Of a stretch of 64,000 nt of DNA, positions 1-12,992 are shown piece by piece; position 1 is the first letter of the stretch, and every line of letters starts with the position of its first letter. The position numbers and the translations under genes are program-made. The stretch lies in the NCBI GenBank assembly GCA_964016885.1, contig OZ024740.1:392646001-392710000 (forward strand). Direction: 5' to 3'. Origin of the DNA: Eledone cirrhosa (taxonomy: Eukaryota). Below the pieces are notes generated by a model that saw nothing but the letters and a program-made list of their open reading frames with translations, was not told the origin of the DNA and made no database searches.

Positions 1-138
1 CTTTGCTAAAAAGCTAAGCATTTATAATTTTTTACTATTTCTCCTCATCATAGAGAAATCTAGTTACCGGTTGCTCCATGGCCCGGGAAAAGCGCCTCAT
101 TCACATGTTTTTTATTTTACTTATTTTCAAACTCATTT

Positions 139-561
<423 letters not shown>

Positions 562-793
562 TAATAAAATCTATGAAATAAAAACAAAGAACAAGTTCCT
601 TATATCAAAAAATTCATCATTTTACGATCGTTTCTGGGATGTATATGTGTGTTGGTATGTATATCATGTTTAAGATCTATGTAAAAATATTACAAATTAT
701 CAGAGAAAATATATATACCTTCACATATACATGCCGTCCTCAGAAATGATGAGATGTGTTTATTGAAAAAAACAAAGAATTGATATAAAGAGT

Positions 794-3155
794 TTGTATG
801 ATTTCACCACATATACGAACCCACCACACAACTCCTTTCTTGAAAACTTCGAGAAAGACCTATTTGACTTAATCAAACACCTCAGATTTAAGAAATATAA
901 ATCTAATTTTCAAAAGGATCTCGACTCTACCCTATTGGAACTAATAAAATCTAGCAAAGTCCACGTCCACTCTGACAAAACAGGAAATCTATACCACATG
1001 GATATTGATAATTATAATGAGTTCATTTATAAGGAACTCAGGAAAAATTATAAAAAAACAAATAATGCGGCTCTTACCAATATCAAAAACAAAACATACA
1101 ACATAGTAAATAAACTCAATATTGAAGACAGAACTGAACCTTTGGCACTGAAAAAACCACATTTTAACCCGAAAGATCACAAATCTAACTTCAACTCTAA
1201 TCCTTCTATAAGACTTATATGGCCTTCCAAGTCAGACATTGGCATTATTAGTAAAAACAAATTGGATAGAATTATCCCACAATTAAGAAAACACGTTAAC
1301 TTACCACTCTGTGAAAACACATCCCAAGTAATTAATTGGTTTTCTAATATTAAAAATAAATCCTCTGCTTCATTTCTACAATTCGATATAGATGCTTATT
1401 ATTCCTCTATATCACCCATACTCCTGAACAAAGCCTTGATATTTGCCAAAAATAGATCAGACTTAACTATGGATGACATTAATATTATCACGCACGCTAG
1501 ACAAACACTACTGGAATTTCAGAAGGAGTATTGGACCAGAAATACATATAATAATCTCTTCGACATAACTATGGGCTCTAGTGATTCTGCCCAAATAACC
1601 GATCTTATGGGCCTCTTTCTTCTATTTAACATTAATTCATCTTTCCCCCACCTTAAAGGTGGTTTATATCGTGATGACTGTCTTCTTCTATCCATTAATC
1701 TTAGCCTATCAGAAATTGAAAGAAATAAAAAACTTAGAACTTTCCTCAAAGACTATTATAATCTCACTATTACATTTGAAAACACCAGTAAAATAGTCAA
1801 TTTCCTAGATATAACTATGGACCTATCTACGGGTATCTACCAACCTTACCATAAACCTAACCAAAACTTGCATTACATACACTCACAATCCAATAACCCT
1901 AGATCTATCCTTAAAACCTAGCATATAATATCTCACTCAGGATCTCTAACCTTTCATCAAATCAGGATGTATTCGATAAAAACGCGCCCTTTTATAACGA
2001 AGCTTTAGCTAGAAGCGGCCACAAAAACAAATTAGTCTACATACCTCGCACCAATAATATTTCAAACATACAACCTAATATTACCAACAAACACCAAATG
2101 AAAAACCCACACCTAAATGCCACTCATACTACACCTAAAAAAACCAACCCAAAACTTAATTTCTCTACCTCTTCTCACATAAAATATAATGACTTTCAAA
2201 AAAACCATTCACCCTAATACTCCAACATATGTTAACAACATAACTAACAAAATTCCTAGTAATCAGACTAAAACACCTACATCAGTTAATCTAACTAAAC
2301 CTATATATAATAAAATCACTAATAGTAACTCTCTTAGTAAACCTCCTGATACATCGTATAAGAAACAATGTCGAAACCGTAATAGATGGGTTACTTGGTA
2401 TAATGCTCCATTTAATCTACAGATTAAAGACCATATCCCTAAAAAATTCTTTGCTATCCTAGAGAAAAATTTCCCACCAAACCATAAATACCATCAAATT
2501 TTAAATAGATCTACTGTCAAATTTTCCTACTCCACTACCAAAAATATACAACAGTATATAAGTGCATACAATATATATAAGTGTAAAAGAATCATAAATA
2601 TACCACCAACACATCAAACCAACCATAATGCTAAAATAAACCATAACAAACCACCATCTCCTTCACCTATAACAGGTCCTGTAAACTCCACACCAATTTT
2701 GACTAACTCCCTGATATAATATTTACGAATGGTTGTAACTGTAGAATCAAAAGAAATTGTCCATTAAAGGGAAATTGTCTTATTAATAACATAGTCTATA
2801 AATGTAAAATTAGCACTAAGGATTCCACTCATTCATATATAGGAGCTACGTCTAACTAATTTAAAGTAAGATTTAATACCCATAAACATAGTTTTAAAAA
2901 TGCCGCATTAGCTAATACAACATCCTTGGCCGAAGCAATCAATAATTATAGAAAGAAGAACATTCATTATAACCTGACCTGGAGCGTGCTTAAAAGGGCC
3001 ACCCCTTATCAAAATAACAGATACGAGTGTAGGTTATGCTCCCAAAACTTTTTGAAATCATGAAATCTAAGGATATCCTATTAAATAAGCGACAGAAATT
3101 AATTATATCTTGCAATCATAGAATTAGAAAAACCTTAAAATATTATAAACTTAAT
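794..3155 (+). pseudogene. PLE RT + GIY-YIG polyprotein, disrupted by stops and frameshifts
   Basis: ORFs 794-1921 and 2189-2719 plus an endonuclease remnant in other frames. Confidence 0.85.
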
Positions 3156-3908
3156 TAATATATACCTTACTCTTATATTTTACAAATTATTATAATTGTT
3201 TTTTTTTTATTTAGTTAACCTATAATTAGTATTTTACTACAGAGAATTTCATAATTTTATTTCCCTCTTACAGCTCTCTTTCCTTAAAATTATTTTTAAC
3301 CTCACTATTTCATTTAATCCCCTATTTATCACATTTATCACATTTATCACATTTAATACCTATGATTATTAATTATAATTAATATCCTTAATATCATCAA
3401 TGTCCGTATAGATACAATACTCTTTATAATTTTTTTTATCTATCTCAGTTTTTTCCATATATATATATTTTGTATTGCTTTAATTTTTTACTTCTTTATT
3501 TATCACATTCATATGAATTAATATAATTTTATCCCTATAAGTATACCTATCAATTAATTTAATTTCCTGTTATGTATCTAGATTCCTTGTAGTTTAAATA
3601 AGATAGGTATTTCTCACTAATACCCTTATCCCCCCCCCAATTCTTTTTCCTTCGTTTTTAACAACATTCTTTAATAATATCAAATTTTCGTGTACACTTC
3701 ACTATCTTCTTGACTTGACCTCATTTTCTCCTCCCCATTGTATTCTTTTCATTCAAAGCATTAATCTGCACTCCTCCACACCTAGATTTAATTTCTACTA
3801 CTGTTATTCTATCAACTTGACCTCTAAATCATTTCTATTGGTCAATTCAAAACCTGTTCCGAAACAGACTCTTTATATCAATTCTTTGTTTTTTTCAATA
3901 AACACATC

Positions 3909-4047
3909 TCATCATTTCTGAGGACGGCATGTATATGTGAAGGTATGTATATTTTCTCTGATAATTTGTAATATTTTTACATAGATCTTAAGCATGATAT
4001 ACATACCAACACACATATACATCCCAGAAACGATCGTAAAATGATGA
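3909..4047 (+). ncRNA. Hammerhead ribozyme with ~100-nt stem II
   Basis: Stem I TCATCATTT/AAATGATGA; CTGAGGA 3918-3924; stem II ATGTATATGTG/CACATATACAT and GGTATGTATAT/ATATACATACC; GAAA CGATCG TA. Antisense copy at about 614-752. Confidence 0.88.
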
Positions 4048-4236
4048 ATTTTTTGATATAAGGAACTTGTTCTTTGTTTTTATTTCATTGTTTTTATTAA
4101 TTTATCTCGACTCTGTTTTCCTATGACTTTTATCGTAAATTTTTGAATGCATCTCCTCTTTTTATGATATCTTCTATATTGGGATTACATTGAGTTCTTC
4201 ATACGGATTGGACACTAGCGTATATTTTGGTAGATT

Positions 4237-4365
<129 letters not shown>

Positions 4366-4960
4366 ACACATACACACACACACACGCACATATATATATA
4401 TATGTGTGTATATTTATTAAAATAACAGATTAAAGTTTAAGCAAAGAATCGCTGCTTTCACCCTCAACGGGATCTTCTGAAACTAAAAAAGTCAATCTGT
4501 GAACGCAGAAGTAAATATTTCACAAAACGTTGCAATCGAAGGAAGACAGGAAGACGATACTTTGCTTTGTGGAAACGTTCCCTGGCAAAGAACGGAAAAA
4601 AACGAAGATAATACGTCATTATTTGGAGCGAAGAAAACAATTACACGCAAAGACAAAATCACGTAAATGGTATAACTGAAGTCGTAGACTAAAATTCTAT
4701 TTAGGAAACCGAATGATTCTCGGCTTCAGAGTTAAGAATAAAGTACATAAAATACAGAGGTAATTGAAATTAAATATATACATACACGCATCCATATACG
4801 TACATACACAAGCATACGCGAAAACACTCGCCATGGGTATGCAAATACAAGCACGTACACCAAAAAACACGCACGCACATACAGAACCCACGAAACGCCT
4901 GTACCCACGCACATACGAACATATACACCAAATACACATAAAAAAAAATATAAATATATA

Positions 4961-5208
4961 TAAATATAAAGGTTTACATATACATAAAGTCATAGATATA
5001 TATGTTTTGCAACCGGTCACGTTGTGGCTCAATGAAGAATTAATAAATTAAATAATCAGAGCAATATATCATGTCTTTAGAATCACTAGATATAATATAT
5101 ACCATTGCTCTGATTATTTAATTTATTAATTCTTCATTGAGCCACAACGTGACCGGTTGCAAAACATATATATCTATGACTTTATGTATATGTAAACCTT
5201 TATATTTA
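4961..5208. repeat. ~105-bp inverted repeat (4961-5065 / 5104-5208); the spacer is itself an inverted copy of 5712-5750
   Basis: Direct reverse-complement comparison. Confidence 0.92.
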
Positions 5209-5399
5209 ATAATCTCCCGTTAGGTTGAGATACAATTTGGCGATATTGGGCTGCGCTTTCTAGCACCAAGCCTACCCGCCGTAAGCAACTAATCACATCC
5301 TTTCTAACTTGACCACTGCCGCTTCACGATTCTCAGCCATTTTTGAATCTATTTTTGGCGCGATCACTTTGGAAAATTAAATGTCTAATTTTGAGTTCG

Positions 5400-5473
5400 C
5401 TCCTGATGAGTCCGAAGCTCTGGACATTTCCTGTTATTGGATGTCTTAAAATACGGACGAAACCATGGTAGAG
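5400..5473 (+). ncRNA. Hammerhead ribozyme with extended stem II
   Basis: CTC CTGATGA GTCCG...(GACATTT/GGATGTC hairpin)...CGGAC GAAA CCATGG TA GAG. Confidence 0.85.
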
Positions 5474-5753
5474 ATAATTAAGGTATGTACGCATTTCTTC
5501 TAAGTTTGAATTTACACCTAATTGTGTATAGTTGACGGCATATTTGGTCGATTTCTACATGCTGTTGAAATGTTGGATAAATACTCTATTGTGGCCACCG
5601 CGAAGAGGCCGCTTTCGGTTATTTGTCGAAAATTTCTTCATAGGAGCCTTTATTCTTATAGCTTGGTCTAATTGATTTTTTATATGGTTAATTATGCTAA
5701 TTGGGAGAGGAAATGGTATATATTATATCTAGTGATTCTAAAGACATGATTTA

Positions 5754-5846
<93 letters not shown>

Positions 5847-6003
5847 TGTGCGTGTATACATATAATTAAATAAACGTGCTCTACGGTTCTTATATATTTG
5901 ATATATATTTATCCTTATCGAGTCCTCTTTGGATTTTAGTCTTCAAATTTAATATTATTACTATTTATGTATATATTTGTATATATATACCCCCCCCCCC
6001 CCC

Positions 6004-6064
<61 letters not shown>

Positions 6065-6560
6065 TATTAAAACAACAGAAGGCCGGAAAATTAATTTTGC
6101 GAAAGCACTATACTTATTTAGATAGCCCAGCCCTATCGATTATGATGCAAGTCTAGACAATTTCATCAGGTGTTATTTGCAGAATTATATAACAGGTTTA
6201 AGTTGAACCCAAACAGAGAATAGAAAATAGACAGCCTGCCAATTTGGTGTTATATCGATGGCAGATGGACCTCGAATATATATATCACAATCAGGAAATG
6301 CCTGGAGTTTATGTTTTCTATATTGTTCAATGTAATAGACATATCACCCGGAAAATTGATGAGTTTTATAGAAAAAAGAAATGTAATAATCATTTGATTG
6401 GCCATCGCTGTATTTCATATATATCCATTTATATCAATTACTATAATATTTTTCCATATTTCCTTCACTCATTATCAAACTAAATTATGAGGATTTGTTC
6501 TACCTATGTATGATATATAAATAGATAGACAGAGAGGTGAGTAGATAGATAGAAAGACAG

Positions 6561-6633
<73 letters not shown>

Positions 6634-6634
<1 letters not shown>

Positions 6635-7185
6635 ACGAGGGGGCTTCAAAAGGTTCGTGGAAAAGGGACAGCTGGAAAAAACGGTTTAAGCTATGATGTT
6701 TATTTTTCAACATATGTTCCATCTAGGTCAATACACTTCTGCAAGCATTGATACCAGCCTTTAAGTACATCTGTGTAAAACTGAGGGCCATGCGATTTAA
6801 ACCATGTCAAAGTAACTTTTTTTACATCTTCGACTGAGGATCATCTTCAACCTCATCTCTTCCACTTCTATAATTATATCCATTTGTAGGTTGTTGATTT
6901 CTTTGGAGTATTGTCCCCATAAACTTGCTCCAGAGCGTCAATGATTAGGCTGCACTTCCACCCTAGCTTCACTATGAATTTGATGTTTTAATGGACGCCG
7001 TGTTGTTCGAGCGGGTGGTGACTTCCGACTGGCGGCGCCGGGTTGCAGCATGCATTTAATGGTTCATGTTAGAACATGTTATGATACGTCAGTAAAAAAA
7101 CGTACAGGTCCATTCAGATCAAAATCCCTGCATATGATTTTTAGTTATGTACTTTTTCCACGACCTTTTTGAAGCTTCCCTCCTA
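6634..7185 (-). mobile_element. Mariner deletion derivative
   Basis: TIRs CACGAGGGGGCTTCAAAAGGTTCGTGGAAAA / TTTTCCACGACCTTTTTGAAGCTTCCCTCCTA with TA on both sides; minus-strand transposase C-terminus (FYTDVLKGWYQCLQKCIDLDGTYVEK*). Confidence 0.85.
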
Positions 7186-7197
7186 TATATATATATA

Positions 7198-7371
7198 AAA
7201 CGAAGGAGGTGTGGTAAGGAACCAGAGTATTCAATACTTAGGGTAGTAGAGTGGATAATAGGAAAATGTTTAACCCCGACGGCAGAGCTCAAACCGTTTC
7301 GACGGCTATTTCTGAACTCAAGAAATAGCCGTCGAAACGGCTTGAGCTCTGCCGTCGGGGTTAAACATTTT

Positions 7372-7376
<5 letters not shown>
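7198..7376 (-). mobile_element. PLE terminal fragment forming a 56-bp-arm hairpin (7258-7313 / 7321-7376)
   Basis: Near-perfect inverted repeat; tail homologous to 26431-26600; (TA)n on both sides. Confidence 0.75.
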
Positions 7377-7406
<30 letters not shown>

Positions 7407-7409
<3 letters not shown>

Positions 7410-7835
7410 TTTTAATATAGATGAGATTCTACAGGACTAGAACTGTTTCATTCTTTAGAAATCATAAGGAATCTGGGTATAAAAAAATAAATATGGTATT
7501 TATAGGCCTCTTCAGGTGGTAGGAGAGGGTAGGGAGTGGGATGGGTAGAGGTCATTGGTTGATAGAAAAGGGAATTCATTAAAAGCTAATTCTTTTAATG
7601 AATTCCCTTTTCTATCAACCAATGACCTACACCCATCCCACTCCCTACCCTCTCCTACCACCTGAAGAGGCCTATAAATACCATATTTATTTTTTGATAC
7701 CCAGATTCCTTATGATTTCTAAAGAATGAAACAGTTCTAGTCCTGTAGAATCTCATCTATATTAAAACTTTTATACTCTGCTATGTATTGAGTACCTTAC
7801 TTATTGTGGTTACCTCCGATTCAACCCGGAATAAC

Positions 7836-7836
<1 letters not shown>
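7407..7836 (+). mobile_element. PLE terminal fold-back (arms 7407-7585 / 7592-7770) with degenerate hammerhead and unique tail
   Basis: ~180-bp inverted arms; CTGAAGA 7662-7668 ... GAAAC 7728-7732 ... GTC; tail homologous to 8241-8302; (TA)n on both sides. Confidence 0.8.
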
Positions 7837-7904
<68 letters not shown>

Positions 7905-7907
<3 letters not shown>

Positions 7908-7995
7908 TAAAATAACAGATTAAAGTTTAAGCAAAGAATCGCTGCTTTCACCCTTAACGGGATCTTCTGAAACTAATTTATTATTATTACTATAG
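7905..7995. mobile_element. Minimal copy of CAGAAGA-family PLE end (inverted hammerhead plus last ~20 nt of tail)
   Basis: Matches ~39647-39716, then the tail end AATTTATTATTATTACTATA. Confidence 0.8.
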
Positions 7996-7996
7996 A

Positions 7997-8192
7997 GGGC
8001 GGTGAATTGGCAGTATGGGTAGAGAGTCGGACGCCATGCTTTGACGTATAGAGTTATGGCCCTTGCCATTCTGAGTTCAAATCCCGCCAAGGTTAACTTT
8101 GCCTTTCATCCTTACGGGGTCGATAAAATAAAGTACCAGTAATGCACTGGGTAATTGCTGGCCTTGTGCCTAACGTAGAAACAATTATTATT
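7997..8192 (+). mobile_element. tRNA-headed SINE (octopus-type family)
   Basis: A-box-like TGGCAGTATGGG, B-box GAGTTCAAATCCC, body TTAACTTTGCCTTTCATCCTTACGGGGTCGATAAAATAAAGTACCAGT; at least 8 copies in the window. Confidence 0.85.
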
Positions 8193-8193
8193 A

Positions 8194-8233
<40 letters not shown>

Positions 8234-8300
8234 TTTGTTTACACTCTACTAATGCATTGAGTACCTTACTTACTGTGGTAACCCCAGATTGAACCTGGGA

Positions 8301-8356
<56 letters not shown>

Positions 8357-8367
8357 AAGAGAAAGAG

Positions 8368-8403
<36 letters not shown>

Positions 8404-8406
<3 letters not shown>

Positions 8407-9368
8407 TGTTTCTTTATTTGCCACAGGGGCGTACAAAAATGGGACATTACAAGATGTGACGGCGGGGGTTTTACATAAAAATAACTTTAACATTAATAAA
8501 TAACAATAAACTATATATAATAAAATAACAATTGAAATCCCCAGTAGGGGGAACGTTACTGCAGGGTTGTTTTACACCCCGTAGAACAACCCTCAACACC
8601 AGGAACACGTTTTGTAGGTGTTCCTGTCTTCCCTCTGTTTATCTTCCTCAACCTACAGGTTTATATACAGAGAAAGCCCATTCACTCGGGCCATTTTCGC
8701 CACATTCACCCACCTTTCAGCGAATTTACTGGCGTGTAGCACCTCTCTCTCCACTCTCACCTTCCTTCCTTCTGAAGTGATACTTAAAGAAGAGGATAAG
8801 TTGTTGTCCGGAGAGAAAGATGTTTGCCCTCAGTCCTTTTAACCTCGTCCACCATATTACCTCTTTCGCCATAGCCACCAGACAGAGGAAAACCGCCTCT
8901 CCTTCGTTCTTAAATGAAGGCGGCGGGGTGATCCTCACGATGGACACGGCTGACAACTGGATGCGTCCCACACGTGACAGTAGCTGTTCGACATAATTCT
9001 ACAGGTCGGTCACCCCTGGGCACTGAACAATTGCGTGCAGAACGGTTTCGGTGTCCTGCTCGCATCTTGGACAGGTCCTTTTGGCAGGATCTCTGCCAGG
9101 GAGTCCGTGCCTGTAGATTTTGCCTCGAACTGGTAGAGCTCCTCAGTAGCACTGCCAGGCCAGAGACCTCTGGAAATTATTCATAGGCCCTGGACGGAAA
9201 GTCCTCCCGAACAGAATGGTCAGTTCGTCCTCCTCGATGCCTAGAGTTTCCCCGAGAACGTCATCGCACTTATCCTCCACTAATCCCCTATAGAATGTCG
9301 AAGTGGAGTCTCCGCTGATTGCCGTTTCCGCTTGGTAGGGGGCTGTGAGCGCCTGTAGGCACTCGTGA
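8404..9368 (-). mobile_element. Tx1/L1 3' fragment ending in (TC)n
   Basis: Translations homologous to the ORF2 C-terminus at 33781-34473 (FYRGLVEDKCDD, AVFLCLVAMAKEVIWWTRLKGL); AATAAA followed by (TC)n. Confidence 0.9.
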
Positions 9369-9623
9369 TAGATAGACACATAGATAGATAGAATCCTACT
9401 CACATAATTAGCTATAGATAGCTGTTGTTCTACCACTGACCATTCTGTCAAAACTGAGTGTGTGAGAGACAGTGAGATAGGTTGGAAGATATAGAAGCAC
9501 ATACATGCTCAAATTACCTGACAAATCTAGCGCAAAATGCTTCTCTTGTGATCATGTATTTTATTATTATGACATATATATATGCGTCTGTTTGTGTGAA
9601 TGTATATATATATATATATATAT

Positions 9624-9926
9624 GATGGCTGCCCCCTCGTTATCGAGTATGGCCATTGCATGATATACCATTATTAATAATTATTAATTAATTCTAACGT
9701 GCAATGCCTGTGCGTGAAGATATTTTTTAAAGTGAGGAAAGACTGTGCACTGAGCCAATCCCACTCTCTGAGCGACAGTAGCTATAACCCGAAAAGAAGA
9801 AAATATCAACATCATCGGTAACTATTGAGCCGCAGGTTTTATATCGGAGTTATCCCAGTTTCCTGAGTTGCCTTCTCCTAGAAGAATGCCCTGACAAAGG
9901 CTAGGGGTCCTTCACTCTCAGCGGTT
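9624..9926 (-). mobile_element. Diverged RTE-derived non-autonomous element
   Basis: Both ends resemble 11422-11973 (GGCTGCC..CTC.TT.TCGAGTA.GGCCA; CTTCTCCTAGAA..TGCC.TGACAAAGGCTA.GGG). Confidence 0.55.
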
Positions 9927-10017
<91 letters not shown>

Positions 10018-10098
10018 ATATATACGTATATATATATAGTCTTGCATCATAATCGGATGATAGGGCTGGACCATCGAAATAAGTATAGTGCTTTCGCG

Positions 10099-10168
<70 letters not shown>

Positions 10169-10176
10169 GTATATAT

Positions 10177-10320
<144 letters not shown>

Positions 10321-10862
10321 ATATATATATATAATGTATGTATATATATAAACACACATATGCATATATGTATATCCGTAAAATAGCGGAACCAGGGAGA
10401 CAGAGAGGACAGTAATTTTGGTTTATTGCATTAAGAAAATCTTTCTATGTGAAGGTCAACTAACAGACTTTGGTCATCGCAATCTCTAGTTATCCGACCA
10501 TGTGTGTGTGTGTGTGTGTATGTTTGTATGTTTGTATGTATGTATGTGTTTTCCTGTGTATATGTGACTATGTTTGTCTTTCACTCATCAGGAAAAAAAA
10601 AGAATTTTACATGTAATTTAAAGGGTCCGCTTTATCACACACTATGCCTCGCTGAATATCTCTGATCAGGAGTGTACACGTGTCTCTGGAACGGTCACCT
10701 ACTTGTACCTTCATTTCACAGACAGGCTGTTCCGTTGATCAAATAATTGGAACATTCACCGTCCGAACAAACGAAAGTTCAACACACTGCCCCCTCTCCC
10801 TCACACAAATGCATGTACGAATTGATCTTTTATATCTATATATCAGTCTATCACGTAATCAT

Positions 10863-11053
10863 TGGTGGATTGGCAGTATCGGTAGAGGGTCGGACTTCCA
10901 TGCTTTGCAGTATACGGTTACGGCCATTGCCATTCTGAGTTGAAATCCCGCCGGGGTTAACTTTGCCTTTCATCCTTACAGGGTCGATAAAATAAAGTAC
11001 CAGTAATGTACTGGGGTAATTGCTGGCCTTTTGCCAAAAGTAGAAACAATTAT
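10863..11053 (+). mobile_element. tRNA-headed SINE copy
   Basis: Homologous to 7997-8192. Confidence 0.85.
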
Positions 11054-11289
11054 TTCATTGCAATACATTCATTATTTTTCCTTCACCAATGTTGCGACAG
11101 GCAGATTTCCTTTTCTTCTCCACCTTCCCCGTCTGTCTCCTGTACATACATACGCATGCGTGTGAATACACATGCACATGTACCATACTCATGTAGCACT
11201 TTAGCGTATATTTTTTCTCCTCCCACCCAATTTGTTTCCGTTTCCTCTTCTCCTCTATCTTTCTATTTCATCTTTTATTTCTCATTCTA

Positions 11290-11325
11290 TTTTCTGATGA
11301 AGTACTAATGTCCGAAACGTTAAAA
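11290..11325 (+). ncRNA. Minimal hammerhead in an old PLE terminal fragment
   Basis: TTTT CTGATGA AGTAC TAAT GTCC GAAA CGTT AAAA; stem II has a mismatch. Confidence 0.55.
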
Positions 11326-11421
11326 CTCTTTTCGTACTATATCAAGCATTAAACTACTGTATCGGTTGCTGTTTGTTCTGTTTACTTTTGGCATTTCATA
11401 CATACATACATACATACATAC

Positions 11422-11973
11422 ATGGTGGCTGCCAACTCATTTTCGAGTACGGCCAATACTTTATATCCATCTAGGAGAACCCCTACCGATGCGCTGAACG
11501 AATATGACTTTTTAGTCCATCCAGCGACTTGAAAACTCTGGTACAAACCTGTGACAATTATTGACACATAGTGCTGGGCCCATGGTACCATGTAACGACA
11601 AGTGCAGAAAGATCTCCAGATATAAAGCAATGCCTGTGCCGTGAAGCTTTTATAGTGAGCAAAGGCACTGCACAAAGCCAGTCCCACTCCCTTAACCAAG
11701 ATGATATTTACCAAAAAGAAGAACAAGTCAACATCATTGGATACCATCAGGGTTGCAGGTGTTATATCAGAGTTTTCCTTCTCCTAGAATTCTGCCTTGA
11801 CAAAGGCTAAGGGGTCATCTCTCCCGGTGATTTTGGATGGCCATTGACTCTTAAGAGCTCCTTTGCCCTTTGACAGGTTTTGTTTTTAGTCCTGCAGGAT
11901 GTCCAAAGTCACCCTCCTCACCAAGAAACCTTGGTGGGGTTGTCAGTTTAGTCGCCAACGACCCGACCATGAT
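11422..11973 (-). mobile_element. Bipartite RTE-derived non-autonomous retroposon with (TATG)n tail
   Basis: RTE-like 5' part (CTAGGAGAAGGAAAACTCTGA) fused to an RTE-like C-terminal zinc-finger remnant (FKSLxGLKSHIRSAHR); flanked by (CATA)n; other copies at 48287-48427 (+) and 62486-62770 (-). Confidence 0.7.
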
Positions 11974-12992
11974 AGATACATACATACATACATACATACA
12001 TACATACATACATACATACATACATACATACATACATGCATGCATACATACATACATGCATGCATGCATGCATGCATACATACATACATACATACATACA
12101 TACATACATACATACATACATACATACATGCATGCATACATACATACATATATTTTGCATTATGTACTATGTTGTTTTTGCGGGCTTGTCCGCGGCGTGT
12201 AGCCCCAATATCACTGCGCCCTAAGCCTAGAGCCCATAACCCTCCCTATTCTTTTGTCACCCTAGAGCCCTTGCCTTTCCCTTCCTTTTCCGTTTTCATA
12301 ACCATAAAAGATACTTGAATTTTTTACAATAAATCTCATTTACGACATATTTTGAAATGAGGTTTTGAAGATCCAGTCGATACGTTGCTTTTATTTCACG
12401 TCATGTTTTATGGTGCGACATATTGTATATCAGTTTTACCGCTACTTTCACTCTTCTCAAACCCCCATCACTTTAAGGGACCATTTTCAAATAACAAAAG
12501 AAATAAAATTGCGGTATGTTAAAAAGGTTATCCGGTGAATCTTATTAATCCAAAAGCCATTGTAACTAAACACTTACCTTTAGTTTTATTTGTGTTCTGT
12601 TGTTCTGTGTTCTGTTGTTCTGTTGTTCTGCATTGAAACGTTTCCACAGTTTTAAACATAGAACTTAACAAATAATTAATACTTATCCAAAGATACAGCG
12701 TATATTTGAAGATTTAGAGTAGACTTAAGGTAAACATAATTACCGTTTTTTAATTGAAAGTATTAGCTTTGAAACGAATGGACAATGAAGTGTAAATAAT
12801 TTCAACTATTTCTCTGTACATAAAAATTATTTCTGATATTACTGTCTTTATCAGAGAATAACTATCCCTATGATTTCGTGTACGGAGGAATACTACAATA
12901 ACAATGCTATATATCTTGTACGGAATTTAGAAAGTACCTGAATTAATTTGGCGATGTAATTAACTTAATAATATTTAGAGCACAGATGACTA

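Larger units (their letters stand above)
4411..5965. mobile_element. PLE terminal fragment of the CAGAAGA-hammerhead family: inverted part (~4411-4950, -) and forward tail (~5868-5965, +), with other PLE pieces in between
   Basis: Homologous to the 3' UTR of the GIY-YIG-bearing copy at 39571-40975. Confidence 0.8.
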
